Both the position numbers and the translations under genes were made by a program. A stretch of DNA of 64,000 nt from positions 1-64,000 of the forward strand of contig JAUCBJ010003870.1 in NCBI GenBank assembly GCA_032718475.1, read 5' to 3'. The first letter of the stretch is position 1. Every line of letters begins with the position of its first letter. Below are positions 26,450 to 39,520 of this stretch, one piece after another. Under the pieces are notes generated by a model that was not told where the DNA came from, did no database searches, and worked only from the letters and a program-made list of their open reading frames with translations. This DNA is from Nemertoderma westbladi. Its lineage: Eukaryota > Animalia > Xenacoelomorpha.

Positions 26450-27344
26450 AATGGGGTAGACGACTCGGAAATTTTTTTTCGAGTTTTCGCTGGTTTCATG
26501 TGAAAGAAAAAGCATGTGAAAAAACCCCAGAGAGCAATTTTACTTAAAAAAAATAATATTTGCCGAGTTAAAGCGATTTTAAAACGCAAAATTAGCAACA
26601 TCGAAAAATTAGGCCGTTTCAGAAAACTGCACGAGTGACGTCAGCCATAACACAGCAACAGTTGTCAAGCGCTGTTGATTGGCTAATATAAAGTATAATA
26701 TTGCAGTATCTAAAATAAAACAAATAATAAATGTAGCTATGTATTTATTTGGATGTGTGTTTATGTATGATGTGTTTTAATTGGAATTCAATAATTTAAA
26801 TTGTATAACAATAATTGCAATTGAAAAAGTGCGAATCCACAATATAATCCAAAGTAATCTAAGTTTTGAAGCTTAATAAAACATTAATAAGCTACTGGAT
26901 TTCTACCACCCTGGCAGTTTTAGCTACAAATATATTTTATTTTTATAGCTAACAACTGTATAGTTTGGGATAAACAAATATTATTCTGGAATAATTAACT
27001 TGTTATGAATCAATTTCCGCCATAAAGATATCAAATAATGTATTCTTAACACAACACAAAAACACACCAAATAAATATTAGCTACATTATTTATTTTAGT
27101 TACTAAGAGATTAATATTGTATAGTAACCAATGAACATTTAGTGCTGCACTAGTGACGTCACTCGTGCAGTTTTCTGAAACGGCCTGATTTTTCGATGTT
27201 TCTAATTTTGCGTTTTAAAATCTCTATAACTCGGCCAATGTTTTTTTTTTTTAAGTAAAATTGCTCTCTAGGGTTTTTTCACATGCTCTTTCACATGAAA
27301 CCAACGAAAACTCGAAAAAAAATTTCCGAGTCGTCTACCCCATT
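26450..27344. mobile_element. MITE with ~195-bp TIRs
   Basis: AATGGGGTAGACGACTCGG...GTGACGTCA mirrored at 27154-27344. Confidence 0.75.
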
Positions 27345-27520
27345 TGATTTAAAAATAACGGGGAGGTAGCATTTAGAATCAAAATCATAAAAATTTGATA
27401 AAAATTTAATATGCGACCAATTCGCGATGGAGATCACTTTATTAATCTGCAGGCAATGTGCGCCGCTATCTACTAAAATCAATACAGTTCAATTCACATT
27501 GAGTGAAAACTCAATAGGTT

Positions 27521-28098
27521 ACAGTACAGAGTGCAGAGAAAGGGTTGTAGTACAGAGTGCAGAGAAAGGGTTGCAGTGCAGAGTGCAGAGAAAGGGTTGC
27601 AGTACAGAGTGCAGAGAAAGGGTTGCAGTACAGAGTGCAGAGAAAGGGTTGCAGTACAGAGTGCAGAGAAAGGGTTGCAGTACAGAGTGCAGAGAAAGGG
27701 TTGCAGTACAGAGTGTAGAGAAAGGGTTGTAGTACAGAGTGCAGAGAAAGGGTTGCAGTACAGAGTGCAGAGAAAGGGTTGCAGTACAGAGTGCAGAGAA
27801 AGGGTTGTAGTACAGAGTGCAGAGAAAGGGTTGCAGTACAGAGTGCAGAGAAAGGGTTGCAGTACAGAGTGCATATAGAAAGGGTTGTAGTGCAGAGTGC
27901 AGAGAAAGGGTTGCAGTACAGAGTGCAGAGAAAGGGTTGCAGTACAGAGTGCAGAGAAAGGGTTGCAGTACAGAGTGCAGAGAAAGAGTTGTAGTACAGA
28001 GTGCAGAGAAAGGGTTGCAGTACAGAGTGCAGAGAAAGGGTTGTAGTACAGAGTGCAGAGAAAGGGTTGTAGTACAGAGTGCAGAGAAAGGGTTGCAG
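27521..28098. repeat. 26-bp minisatellite, ~22 copies
   Basis: Unit TACAGAGTGCAGAGAAAGGGTTG(C/T)AG; the overlapping ORFs here are repeat artefacts. Confidence 0.95.
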
Positions 28099-28262
28099 TC
28101 TGTTGCACTTATTGTAAAAATATCTTAGCTTATTTCAGTAACGTTTACTACCAAGGATAAAGTTAATTTTATCTCGAACTATTATAATTAAACACTTAAA
28201 AGCAGTTATCATTTAGAGAAGTTGTTCCCAAATAAAGGACCTCCCCATCTTTACCAAATAAA

Positions 28263-30383
28263 TCAATTCAGGTTCGGTCTTGGTGTTTTACGTTTACGAT
28301 TATTATCAGCCCTCCCCTCTCGTTGATTGTCCACTGGTTTCTTCTTCTCTCTCCGTTTTCTTTCCGCCGCCTTCCATCGCCTTTCTTCTTCGTCGTCCGA
28401 GTAATCCATAGCGGATTCCGGGGGTTCCGCGTTGTTGGTCCACGAGGCGTCGGAACCTTTCACGTCGTCCTTGAGGTCCTGTACGAACACGTAGCGGGTT
28501 AGCTTGCCGCTGCGGAACGCAACGCAGATCGCTTCAGTGGCGACAACCGGGTGTAATCGGGGAGCCACGTCATTGGGAGGTAGACCAGACTGGTCATTGG
28601 TAGGTAAGGTAGAATGGACACTCGGAGGTAAGGTAGAATGGTCACTGTCACTGGGAGGTAACGTAGACTGGTCATTGGGAGGTAGACCAGACTGGTCGGT
28701 AGGAGGTAGATCAGTCTGGTCGGTGGGAGGTAGACCAGAGTGGTTGGTGGAAGGTAGACCAGACTGGTTGGTGGAAGGTAGACCAGACTGGTTGGTGGAA
28801 GGTAGACCAGTCTGGTCGGTGGGAGGTAGACCAGACTGGTTGGTGGAAGGTAGACCAGACTGGTCGGTGGTAGGTAGACCAGACTGGTCGGTGGAAGGTA
28901 GACCAGACTGGTCGGTGGAAGGTAGACCAGACTGGTTGGTGGAAGGTAGACCAGATTGGTTGGCGGAAGGTAGACCAGACTGGTTGGTAGAAGGTAGACC
29001 AGATTGGTCGGTGGAAGGTAGACCAGACTGGTCGGTGGTAGGTAGACCAGACTGGTCGGTGGAAGGTAGACCAGACTGGTCGGTGGAAGGTAGACCAGAC
29101 TGGTTGGTGGGAGGTAGACCAGACTGGTTGGCGGAAGGTAGACTAGACTGGTTGGTGGAAGGTAGACCAGATTGGTTGGCGGAAGGTAGACCAGACTGGT
29201 TGGCGGAAGGTAGACCAGACTGGTTGGTGGAAGGTAGACCAGATTGGTTGGCGGAAAGTAGACCAGACTGGTTGGTGGAAGGTAGACCAGATTGGTTGGC
29301 GGAAGGTAGACCTGACTGGTCGGTGGTAGGTAGACCAGACTGGTTGGTGGAAGGTAGACCTGACTGGTCGGTGGTAGGTAGCGGTAGCGCCGACTTGTCG
29401 ATGGGAAGGACGTCGGCTTGGTCGCTGACCAACGGATCAGGAATTATGTGATTGGTTATTATTATCGAATTTGATTCACCATTTATTGTTGGGTTAACAA
29501 CATTCTCTACATCTAGATCCATTCCATCTATCAAAGTATCAGATAGGCCTACTGGTTTCGGTACTGGCAGCGGTTCCGCAACATCAGAGTCTTGACGCAA
29601 AATAACAGAATACGAGGGACGCGAAACCGGTCCGAATGTATCAAATATTCGCCCCAAAAATTCTCGTCTATCTCGGAACAAGCAAGATCCTATATCCAAG
29701 GGCGGGAAACCTGGATCCGATAATACTACGACAACGTTATCAACAATGTGTGAGACAACGCCGACTCGACGCAAAGGTTCGCACGATGGGAGAACAGGGC
29801 GATCTCCAAACTCCGATTTGCTGGAAGAAAGCCACTTATTTATTGGGAGTTCGCCCTTATTGAAGTAGCCAAAATCATAAGGGCGGCACAATTTAATTCC
29901 GCCGGAAGTGGCGTAACGTTGTTTATAATTCGCTCGCTGTTTGGAACAGCTTGATGAAGAAGAGGCGGTAGAATTGGTTGAACTGGACGAAATGGTAGAA
30001 TCATCCGAATCTGAGGTGTCGGATAATTCTGTTGCAATTCTGTTTATAGGTGACAGCAGCTCGGATGAGTTAAATACATTGCCCGTACCGGTAGCGGTAA
30101 CGTTGTTTAGTTCTGATTGCAATATGTCTGGGTCTGCTGATGATGGCTGACTCTGTGGCAGGCTATTCGTTTTTTTCGTATCACTATCGCCAATATCCTT
30201 CTGGATAGAACATCCGTTTGAAGATCGGGTTGATGTGGCGACATGGTCTGATGTGTTTGCGCTGTTTTCGTTATCGCCCATGTTCATGTTCACCGGATAC
30301 AATACCGTGTCGTTAACAGTTAACGGCGTTAGCGTTAAAGGCAGTTTACAGTTTAAAGTCAGTTTACAGTTTAAATCCAGCAT
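28263..30383 (-). CDS. NAF1: H/ACA ribonucleoprotein assembly factor NAF1 with a long tandem-repeat insertion
   Basis: Ser/Asp-rich N-terminus; Gar1/Naf1 domain VGVVSHIVDNVVVV...PPLDIGSCLF...LGRIFDTFGPVSRPSYSV; C-terminal TRYVF..L...KGSDASW.N..EPP....DYSDDEEER signature. Start is ATG 30383 or 30287. Confidence 0.9.
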   Translation of the reverse strand: MLDLNCKLTLNCKLPLTLTPLTVNDTVLYPVNMNMGDNENSANTSDHVATSTRSSNGCSIQKDIGDSDTKKTNSLPQSQPSSADPDILQSELNNVTATGTGNVFNSSELLSPINRIATELSDTSDSDDSTISSSSTNSTASSSSSCSKQRANYKQRYATSGGIKLCRPYDFGYFNKGELPINKWLSSSKSEFGDRPVLPSCEPLRRVGVVSHIVDNVVVVLSDPGFPPLDIGSCLFRDRREFLGRIFDTFGPVSRPSYSVILRQDSDVAEPLPVPKPVGLSDTLIDGMDLDVENVVNPTINGESNSIIITNHIIPDPLVSDQADVLPIDKSALPLPTTDQSGLPSTNQSGLPTTDQSGLPSANQSGLPSTNQSGLLSANQSGLPSTNQSGLPSANQSGLPSANQSGLPSTNQSSLPSANQSGLPPTNQSGLPSTDQSGLPSTDQSGLPTTDQSGLPSTDQSGLPSTNQSGLPSANQSGLPSTNQSGLPSTDQSGLPSTDQSGLPTTDQSGLPSTNQSGLPPTDQTGLPSTNQSGLPSTNQSGLPSTNHSGLPPTDQTDLPPTDQSGLPPNDQSTLPPSDSDHSTLPPSVHSTLPTNDQSGLPPNDVAPRLHPVVATEAICVAFRSGKLTRYVFVQDLKDDVKGSDASWTNNAEPPESAMDYSDDEEERRWKAAERKRREKKKPVDNQREGRADNNRKRKTPRPNLN
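28573..29378 (-). repeat. Coding 24-bp tandem repeat (~33 x P(S/T/P)(T/A)(D/N)QSGL) inside NAF1
   Basis: GGTAGACCAGACTGG-based 24-bp unit; frame preserved throughout. Confidence 0.95.
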
Positions 30384-30939
30384 CAACGGTTGCGGGTATC
30401 ATGTAACTTCTAGATCAGTCTAGCCTCTCACGCCTATATAGCAGGTGCGCTAGTAATGCAGATAGGCCTACAGAGTTACAGGCAGACAGGCTACAGGTGT
30501 GGTTAGAAGGGAGTACTGCAGTAGCCATCAGTCTAACGTTATTGTAAATATTGTCACTGTCATAAATAATACAACAAAGAAACGCTTTACTGTCCGATAC
30601 ACCGCGAAAACCAATCATTCATACTATATGTCAGTACAGCAGTTGTATGACTCTCATAAGAACCATGAAATACAGTCTACAGCCGTACACTGCGTACAGT
30701 GGTACAGCACATACAATTAGGTCAGTACGGTACTACCAGACTACAGTACTGTTGTAAGTGTACGCAATCCTGTCATGAGTGACGACATCCGGTTGGCGGA
30801 ACTGCTCGCAAGGCATGCTCCAATTGGGGTGACATTCCAGCCTTTATGCTATGTAAGTATTTCTGGGCTTCTAATTGGCGTGGCTGTTCCTTAAATAATC
30901 TCAGGTCATTGGCTAACACTCTCCCAAAGCCAAAATTGT

Positions 30940-31213
30940 GTCTTGGACTAGTGGTTGCATTGAATTCACATCTCCTGTAGGTCGTGGGTTAGATCCTCAC
31001 ATGGGCCAGGGCGGTTTTCGTTTCGGCACGAATGCTTTAAAGGGACCAGCCAGGGCGCATCTCTGTCTTGCATCCTTAAGTGGTAGCTAAATGAGTACTG
31101 GAGTTTCCTCTGGGGAGTAAAGTTCTGGGGGGACCGCACTGGAAATAAGTCGTCAGACTTTGTGCGTAATCCCTGGCCTAGCGGCCGAAGAAAATTTACT
31201 TTACTTTACTTTA
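30940..31213 (+). mobile_element. tRNA-derived SINE
   Basis: A-box-like CTAGTGGTT, B-box-like GGTTAGATCC, central TAAATGAGTAC motif reminiscent of Deu/Nin-domain SINEs, (TTTAC)n tail. Confidence 0.6.
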
Positions 31214-31599
31214 ATTCAATAAATGTTATGTTTGGTGTTATTTGTTTCCATAGCCGTTTATTGGGTTTAGTTAATTAACAAATACTACGCTACTGCCATA
31301 CTAACGAATCTCCATATATAATTAGGGTAGGGCCAGGGCGTCATTTAAAGGACACCTTGATTAGGGCATACAGTACAGTAATTCTCAATGACATTTGCGC
31401 TAGCTACGAAGTATAGCCGAAGCATTTGTAAACTGACTGTGTTGGGGGAGGGGATGGTCAAAAAATGGAAATACTTCTTGTCAGTAGTTGTTGTTATACT
31501 GTAGGCTTATTATTATTAAGTCATAAAAATTATAAAAAAACAATAAACTAATGAACTCCAAGTAGGCCCCACATATAATTTTTTTCATGTTACTTTCAT

Positions 31600-31875
31600 C
31601 TCGAGAGTAAAAATATCGAGAGTCAAAATATCGAGAGTAAAAATATCGCGAGTAAAAATATCGCGATTGTAAAAACAGTAGCTACTGTAGGCATATCATA
31701 AATGTCTCTAACTTGCAATATTTTTACTCACGATATTTTTACTATCGATATTTTTACTCTCAATATTTTTTTTACTCGCGATTTTTTTTCTCGCGATATT
31801 TTTACTCTCAATATTTTTACACTCGATATTTTTACTCTCGATATTTTCACTCTCGATATTTTTACTCGCGATATT
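31600..31875. repeat. 15-bp tandem repeats in both orientations (transposon subterminal type)
   Basis: GAGTAAAAATATCGA units followed by the inverted TCGATATTTTTACTC units. Confidence 0.7.
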
Positions 31876-33328
31876 TGTGAAGTCTGCATTGACACGATAA
31901 TCATGTTTTTCTGTCAGTTTTGTTCCAGGTTGAAAAAACTGTTGTTTGATCTGTTGCTTAAAAGCAACAAGTTCAACAAAGGTTGACAACCTCACAAAAA
32001 CGCAGCCTGAGGTCTAATATGCAAGGTTTCAACCAGGATTAAGAACTGATTATAAACAATAATACGAAAGGGCTGAAGGTTTTAATTTCGGATATTTCTA
32101 AAATGTTTTCATTTTAGCCCACTAGCGGTAGATAGGAGACCTGCGAGGGATTACTGTCCAAACAAAGACGCAGCCTGTTGATTGTCTACGGTAGCATGTC
32201 ATAGCATTGCAAGGTCAATAAAATCAAGAAAACGGTTGAAGGTTTTAACTATTGGACATTACGCCCTCTAGCGACAGACGGGAGAACTGCGGACCGATCA
32301 CCTTCTTCACAAAGACACATCATCTGACGGTAGTAATATATGTCAAGATTCAGCTTAAAATAATTAAGATCAAGGAAATGGGAAAGGTTATCACTTGCAT
32401 ACATTTCGCTCTCTATGGGCATGCCGAGAACAGATTGAACAGAATGGAGAGCAGACCGATTACCGACCACAAAAGACACAAAATGTTTTTTTTTTCAAAA
32501 AGACACAGCCTCATATATCTGACAGGTTTTTGGCTTGAACGGATCATAAATAACGGAATGGGTCAAGAGATTTCACTTTGAGACATTTCGTCCTCCAGTT
32601 GTGGCAGACTAGAGAACTGCAGCGCAAGAGCCTCCTACTGTACAGTATGTCACAATTACTGTAATTATCTGCCAGTATATATATATATATTTTTTGACTG
32701 ATATGGTTATTCACAATTTATACAATATTAGGTAAATATAGCTAATACGTAATACCGAACAAATGAACAATCAAATAATTAAATTATCACGGCAAGTAAA
32801 TCAGTCCACTTTATGAGTTACCTTTACAGTAGTACAGTATCTAAACGTGGTTCATATAATTAATAATATTAAATAATTAATATAAATAAATTCGATCTAC
32901 TTAAATACGTATAATTAGCACAATATTAATTTTAACTTCATTCAACTAATTATCAGGGTAACACTATGTTTCCTATAATAATAATACTTAAATACCAAAA
33001 ATTAGAATTCATTAATTTTGTTGTTCTGGGTCTTCAATTGTAAGTCAATTTTGTTAGTCATCTTAGGTATAGTATAAAATGAGCACCGTAAAATCAAATT
33101 TCGATCGCACCTATTGCACTATTATTATTCTCGCCTATTAGGCGCAGCACCAGTCAAGCTGGTATATAATTGAATAGTTAATTAATGAAGTAAAATGACA
33201 CATCAGTGACAATAAAATGTGGCTAATCGTAAACAGTGACTAAAATCATAATTATAATTATTTACGTAAACAGAGACAGTATCATCAATTAAAATTATTT
33301 ACCATTTACGTCACACACCTTGACAACT

Positions 33329-36300
33329 TTAAAACCAGGCGGGATAACAAAATAAATCTAATATCATGTTGTGCTTAGATTTAAAACTGGTAGATAAACG
33401 GTAGCAGCTATCTATGAAATTGATTTTGACCGCCTCTGCTAGTGATACTTCACCTGGTATTATGCGATTTTTTAGGGCTGGTTTTGAGTATTTATTTGTT
33501 AAAAGAGACTGCATATTGGGGAGTGGGTATGCTTTATAACTCTTTTCATATGTGGAGAAGACACCTGTGTAAGAAGCACCGTATTCCGAAGCACTTACTC
33601 GAAGGAATGACTGAATTAACGTATTGTTGGATTCAAACGATCGTGTAATGATCCCAATATTTTGCCGATATACTTCCATTGAGAGTGGAATACAACCAAG
33701 TAGGTTGTACACAACCTGGTTGTCTGCATATGGTCCGAGGTGGAGGATGCTCCGTAAGGCCTTACGGTATGCCACATCTAACAGTTCGATTTCAGTATCA
33801 CGCATGGAACCCACAGTAAACTTGAGAGTATACAAGATGGAAGGTATAGCTACCGTCCGCCATATATATCCAACGGTTGTGCAGTCAAAGTGTCTTGTAG
33901 TCCAACCATGTCTGTGAAAGCAGCTGGTTAACCTTGCGATCGACTGCTGTGCATCCTTTAATGCAGATGTATTCACTGAGTACAATGGATATCCCAGGAA
34001 TGTAAGTTTAGGGCTGGCTGGAACTAAGGTGGTATTAATACTTAGAAACGACGGGATTTCTTTTGCCGATTGACCATTCCCAACGAATACCGCCCATTTC
34101 ATTTTGGATCCTTCTATGTCCAATTTTATATTGTTGAGCTCTGTTGTTAGTAACAACACCATTGCCTCTAAGTCATACATTGTACGGCTGCAAAGAAGCA
34201 CATCATCAGCATAAGCTAGGCAGCCCAACCAATGAAGATGAAGGTTAAATCCATATCCACTTGACTCAAGTGCTGAGATAGCATCTGAGGTGTAGAAGAG
34301 AAATAATAATGGTGATATCAAGCTACCCTGTTTCACACCCCGCCGAATGATGATTCCCTCATAATCTATTAAGTTACCAAAACGTAGATAGGCGGCTGTT
34401 TGGAGATAATACGAAACCATGGACAGACAGATGAACGTATTGAGGTAGGATGATAGCTTCTTGAATAGTGTAATGTACTGGACATTATCAAATGCTCCAC
34501 GCATGTCCATCTGACACATGTAAACGTTTTGACCCCGACTACGTTGTGAATTCAAAAATTCTAGAAGCGCCTCGATGATTAAATATAAATCTGAGCCCAT
34601 TTTCTTTTGATATGCCAGCTGGGAAAGTGGGATGCATTCAAAAAGCACAGGCAAATATTCCTGCAGCAGGACGCTTTCAAAAACCTTCCCAAAGATACTA
34701 ACTGAAGATATTGGGCGATAAGACCTTGGATTCAACTGTGGACGGTTTTTCCCTTTATATATATGAGTAATTAACGTTTTGCCAAATAATTCAGGCACTT
34801 CCCCCGATCGAAAGCATGCATTGACGATATCTGCAAGAACTTCAGTTATGAATGATTCCTTTGGGCAAAGAAGATGCTCAACCATTAGTGAAGCTGCATC
34901 AGTTGCTTTTACCAGTGCGAGAGAAGCAATCGCCCGTCGAATGGTACAAGGAGAAATAATGGGTGGCAAAATATCGTTACATGAACTACGAAGCTTGTCT
35001 GTAAACTGCAATAGTTCATCGTCTTCCTGGACATTTGGCTCATTCCTGCTCTTCAAGTCTTCTCTTAGAAGTTCTTGAACATCCCTTGGTGGCGTAGATT
35101 TGTCTTTCTTACTAAAATACTGCCAGAATTGCCTAGGATTTTTATCAAATCCTGTTGCTCTCTTCCGAATGTCTTTATGTAAGAGAGATTTGGTCAGATA
35201 ATTTTTCAGTTTCCTTATTGAACGACGCGATTCTTTGTAGGCATCTCCAAATATATTATCATCACCTTTACCATCTTTGCACCATAAATTGTATAGTTGT
35301 CGACATGTATTTGTTCTTGATTTCAAAACCCTTGATCGTATACGCAAATTCTTTGTTACATGCTTATTTGAATGGGTACATGGGATGTTATGATTGGCTG
35401 ATAGAGTAAGTATCATTTGCAATTGGTTTACAAATATATTTGTGTCATCTGCAGTCCATTTTGTAGCACTTGGCAATGTCTTATATATGTCGCTAATTCT
35501 CTACGTTACATCATTTTGAAAACGTGTGAGATGATCCTCGCTTATCCTGGTCCACGCAACTCTACGTTTGAGCCGGCGGGAGTCATGCTGTTGTTCCTCG
35601 CAGTTATATACTCGGCTGGTTTTGAACTGGAACAGCGCTGTCAGAGGAATGTGATCCGAGTGGTATGTGCACTCTTCTTTAAAAATTGTACCCTGAACAA
35701 GTTGGTCATTGCCATGTTCGTTGGTTATAATGTGATCTATATAGGAAGATCCGTGTCCTCGAAAAGTAATACATGGCCCCAAGAATTTATTTTCTGTGTC
35801 AGCCGCAACCAGACTTCTGTCTACTAAGAAGGAATTAAACCGTGAACCTCTGTCTGTTGGTTTATCCCGACCCCTACGGGGACCCTGCAAGGGACTAAGG
35901 TCAGCGTTGGTATCAGCTAGTATTAGTGGTGTAGCATCTTCATATTGGTCAAGGATATTGCTGAGTCTCCCCAAAAATTCCTCATAATTTGCTTTGGGTT
36001 TTGAAGTGTCAGGGAAATAGCCATTCAACACAACTACTGGTTGTACGACTTGGCAGAGTGATGCATGTATCCCTATGATATCTTCCCCTGATACAATTTT
36101 ACTGACATTGGAAAAAGTAGATTTTCGAAATAGCATAGCTACACCACCCCGTACACTGTTGTTGACCACATAGTCTCGACATGTAAAGTAGCAGTCAAAT
36201 TCATTGTGTAACTTCGGTAATAAGTAAGTAGCTTCTAAATTATCCATCCATATTTCTTGCAATGCAAGAATGTCTAGGCTATCCAACAGTCCAGCAACAA

Positions 36301-36481
36301 CATCCCAGCTTGGGATAATTCCTCGCACATTAAATGTACCAACTCGCAAGTCACAAGTATCTGGTCGTTGAATATTGTATACTTTGTCAGGTGGTGACAT
36401 CTTTGTGCTAAACATACTGCTGCCGCCTAGAAACAGTCTCTCTATTGTTGCTAGCGTTCTGTACATATTTGTTGCCACCAA
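33329..36481 (-). pseudogene. LINE ORF2 (APE endonuclease + reverse transcriptase), one in-frame stop at 35501
   Basis: TFNVRG, DILALQEIW, GGVAML, ADTNA, SYIDHI and SDHIP endonuclease motifs; SYRPIS, DMRGAFD, GVKQGSLISPLLF and YADD RT motifs; both ORFs are in the same frame. Confidence 0.92.
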
Positions 36482-37020
36482 ACTTTGTAATGTTGTTGCC
36501 TGTAGCTGTAATGTTCATGATGTTCCACTTTCGACAGTGGATATAGTGAGGCCAAAAAGAGCTACCTAGTAGAGTCGATTGTGCTGGCGCATCTATAGTG
36601 ATTCGCAAGCTTGTTGTGTTTCCATCTGTATGTACTGATGATATCCTGTGTAAGTGTATCCCTCTATTCCTTATAAGCTTTTCAATGCCTAACAAATCGA
36701 TATCTCTTCTATCGGCTGTGACTTGGAGATAAGAGTATGGGTTATTCAGGACGTATCCTTTCCTGTAGTGTTGCGTTTGTTTGTCAGATGATCCAGGTTG
36801 CGAACTTATGCCTCCATTATGTATTACTTTATATGCATCGTTTTGTTTCTCCTTGGATATGGTCTCACTGTGACCGAATGCCCTGTTATTACGTTTTGTA
36901 TTCTGCCAGGGGTTGTTGTTACCAGTGGTTGTTCTTGTGTCCTCTCTGTTGTGATCCATATTTCTTGAGCCCCTTGAATGGGCTACATTATTCTGCACTT
37001 CATTGAAAGGCCCTAAGGCG
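36408..37020 (-). mobile_element. ORF1 (C-terminal part) of the same LINE
   Basis: SLRITI......L....FWP..I.CRKW motif typical of non-LTR ORF1 RRM-like domains; overlaps ORF2 in another frame. Confidence 0.65.
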
Positions 37021-37135
37021 TCATAATAGTTATAGCAAGTTGTTGTTACTAATATTACTAATAATAATAATAAATAAACCATTCACTGAAAAAAATATTA
37101 CATGTTTCTGTTAATAATAATACTAAATAAACCAT

Positions 37136-38200
37136 TCACTGAAAAATATTACATATTTCTGTTACTATGTTGCAAATTTCATCTACGCCGTTATTAAAAA
37201 ATTCTACAAAAGTATCAAATTTACTTCCTACGTATTTGTTTCTTACATTGGCCGTTCGTGGGCAATCTTGTAAAACGTGTAATTCAGTTTGCAAGTCGTT
37301 GCCGCATGAGCAAAGACGCTGTTCGCGGGGGGTTCGCGACCAACGGCCCATCTCAATGCGGAGACGATGTGAGCTCAATCTAAAACGAGACACATTTACT
37401 CGTTTATAATCGGGAATGTAACATGAGCTTTTACCGTAAATTGCATGCACAGTTAACTGGGGATTTAACTCTGTGTATTTTAAACTTACTTTTAATTGTG
37501 GCCATTTCTAGTACATTATTTTTAACCTTTACACGACTATTATTAACTATATCCCTATGATTATTCACAAGCCCATCTAAAAATCTACAATAGGGCGTGT
37601 TTTCGGTTCTACACATGTCATAAATACGCCTCAATGGATCTGAAGCGTCCCAAATTGACATCTGTTTGAGAAACGACTTTCTATTAGCGTTATCGATTAC
37701 CGCGTCAACATCAGCTAAACCCAACTCCACTAAACATAGTAAGTTTGGCGTTGTAATTCGTACATTTAATAAGATTTTGACCAAACGTATATACATATTA
37801 CAGTACGTATTGGTTTCCTACCTACAGTGGAAAGCCACGTATCAGATGAATACAAAATGGAAGCCAGTATTGCACAATTAAACACTTTCAGTTTTAACTG
37901 AAATGGCATGTTACTGTTAACGGCACAGAAAATTGAGAATTTTCGTACCTGTTTCTCGCATTCTTTTGCGTCTTTTTCTTTTCCTATATACCGCGCGAAT
38001 TGCGTTTTATCATATTTAACCCGCATCCGAGTGATATAAGTTTACTCATAATGATTACTCTTGATACCCTGTCGTATGCTTTGGAGAAATCCACGTATAA
38101 TATAAATAATTTCACTTTCTTAGCCCTCACATAGTCTATCAACAAACGTATTGCCAGTATATGTTCGTAGCATGAGCGACCCTTTTGACCTCCTGCCTGC
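37136..38200 (-). mobile_element. Degraded non-LTR retrotransposon (RT and C-terminal Cys-His domain)
   Basis: VDFSKAYD remnant at ~38065-38090, ILYSSDTW, RFRLSSHRLRIE.GRW...R..RLC.C....TE.HV...C. Confidence 0.85.
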
Positions 38201-38732
38201 GCCCTGTTCGGTTTTGCCCACCTCGATAACCTCGATCCTAATATATAGTCGTATACAATACCAATTTATTTATTTATTTATTTCTCTTCCGTCTATATAT
38301 ATGATTGCACTCATAGTAGAATATTGAATATAAGGTAGAATATTGAATATATATGTACATACTTTTAGAACTGTAGAGCACAATAATGATTATAAGGGTG
38401 TTATGTACACTGGGGGGGGAGCAGTAGCAGTGCTAGTAGAGCTCCCTCCATATGTACGAGTTGACCGGGGGGGGGTGGGGGGGGGGGGGGGTTTATGGAT
38501 CGAGAAGTTATCGGTTGTATCCGTTACAATTTTTATTGTGTATTTTAGATTTTGTTGTTGGTAAATATCCCTGCCGGAAAATGTGCCGGTTTGACCAAAT
38601 CCGAAACTGCCGTATCCATCAGCATAATATAATAATCAATTAATTAATTAATTAATTAATAATTAACTGTATTTATTGTAATATGGTGTGTTTATGGAGT
38701 GTAATTATTAATAAAATGTCTCTAGGTATTTT

Positions 38733-39520
38733 TTAAGATAGGGTCTGGAGGAATATTTTTTTTAATTTATATGAAAACGAGTTTTTTGATTTAGCATTTT
38801 TTATATCGCTAGGGAGGGCATTCCATATTTTAGGGCCAGTGAATTTTAAGGATTTCTGGGTGAGCTGTAGTCTTACACGTGGAACGAAAAAATTTTGTGC
38901 AGAAGTTGATCTAGTGTTATATCTGTGGATGGAACTAGTTTGTTCAAATAAATTTTGTAATGCTTTAGTTTTTTTCATTTTTTTAATATCATACATATAT
39001 TTAGCCACTTCAAGTTCGAATACTTTTTCGAGAGGTAAAATATTTAAGTTTTTATAAATTGGGTTAGCATGAGCTTGATAATGGCTGAAAGTTATTGCTC
39101 GAACAATTTTATTAACTTTTATTTTCAATTTATCAGTATTTGTTTTGTGTGCGTTGCCCCTGAGTAGTATTCCGTAGAGGATATGTGGATGAACTAGTGC
39201 GAAGTAGAGGGTTCTTAAAATGTGTAGAGGTAGAATGTATCTTAATTTGAAAAAAATTCCAGTAAGTTTCGAGATTTTTGAGTGTATGTAATTGCAGTGT
39301 GTTTTCCAGTCAATTTTATTGTCAATATAAATACCTAAGAATTTTGATGCTGTTTTTTGTGTAATTGAGATAGAGCGGAGTGTAACCGGGGGGAGCGTTG
39401 TTTGTCTGCAATTATTAAAAATAATGTATTCTGTTTTTTTTAAATTCAGGGAAAGTTTATTGTCTATGAGCCAGTTATCAAGTTTCACTAGTTCGTGGTT
39501 GACAGTTCCAATAAGTATAC
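38733..39520 (-). mobile_element. CR1/L2-group (Crack/Daphne-like) LINE 3' fragment
   Basis: NKLSLNLKKT, KFLGIYID....WK.H, LY..LVHPHILYG, HRYNTR and GPKIWNALP motifs. Confidence 0.88.

Noticed and set aside
27521-28098. Regular repeat array resembling CRISPR; several repetitive ORFs
   Set aside because: Contiguous 26-bp units without unique spacers, eukaryotic context, no cas genes; the ORFs are artefacts
28504-29451. 315-aa antisense ORF of GRPDW repeats
   Set aside because: Mirror of the stop-free 24-bp NAF1 repeat; non-ATG start; no independent evidence
37021-37135. Signal-peptide-like N-terminus of ORF 36408-37082
   Set aside because: Derived from a duplicated AT-rich 3' tail of the neighbouring LINE
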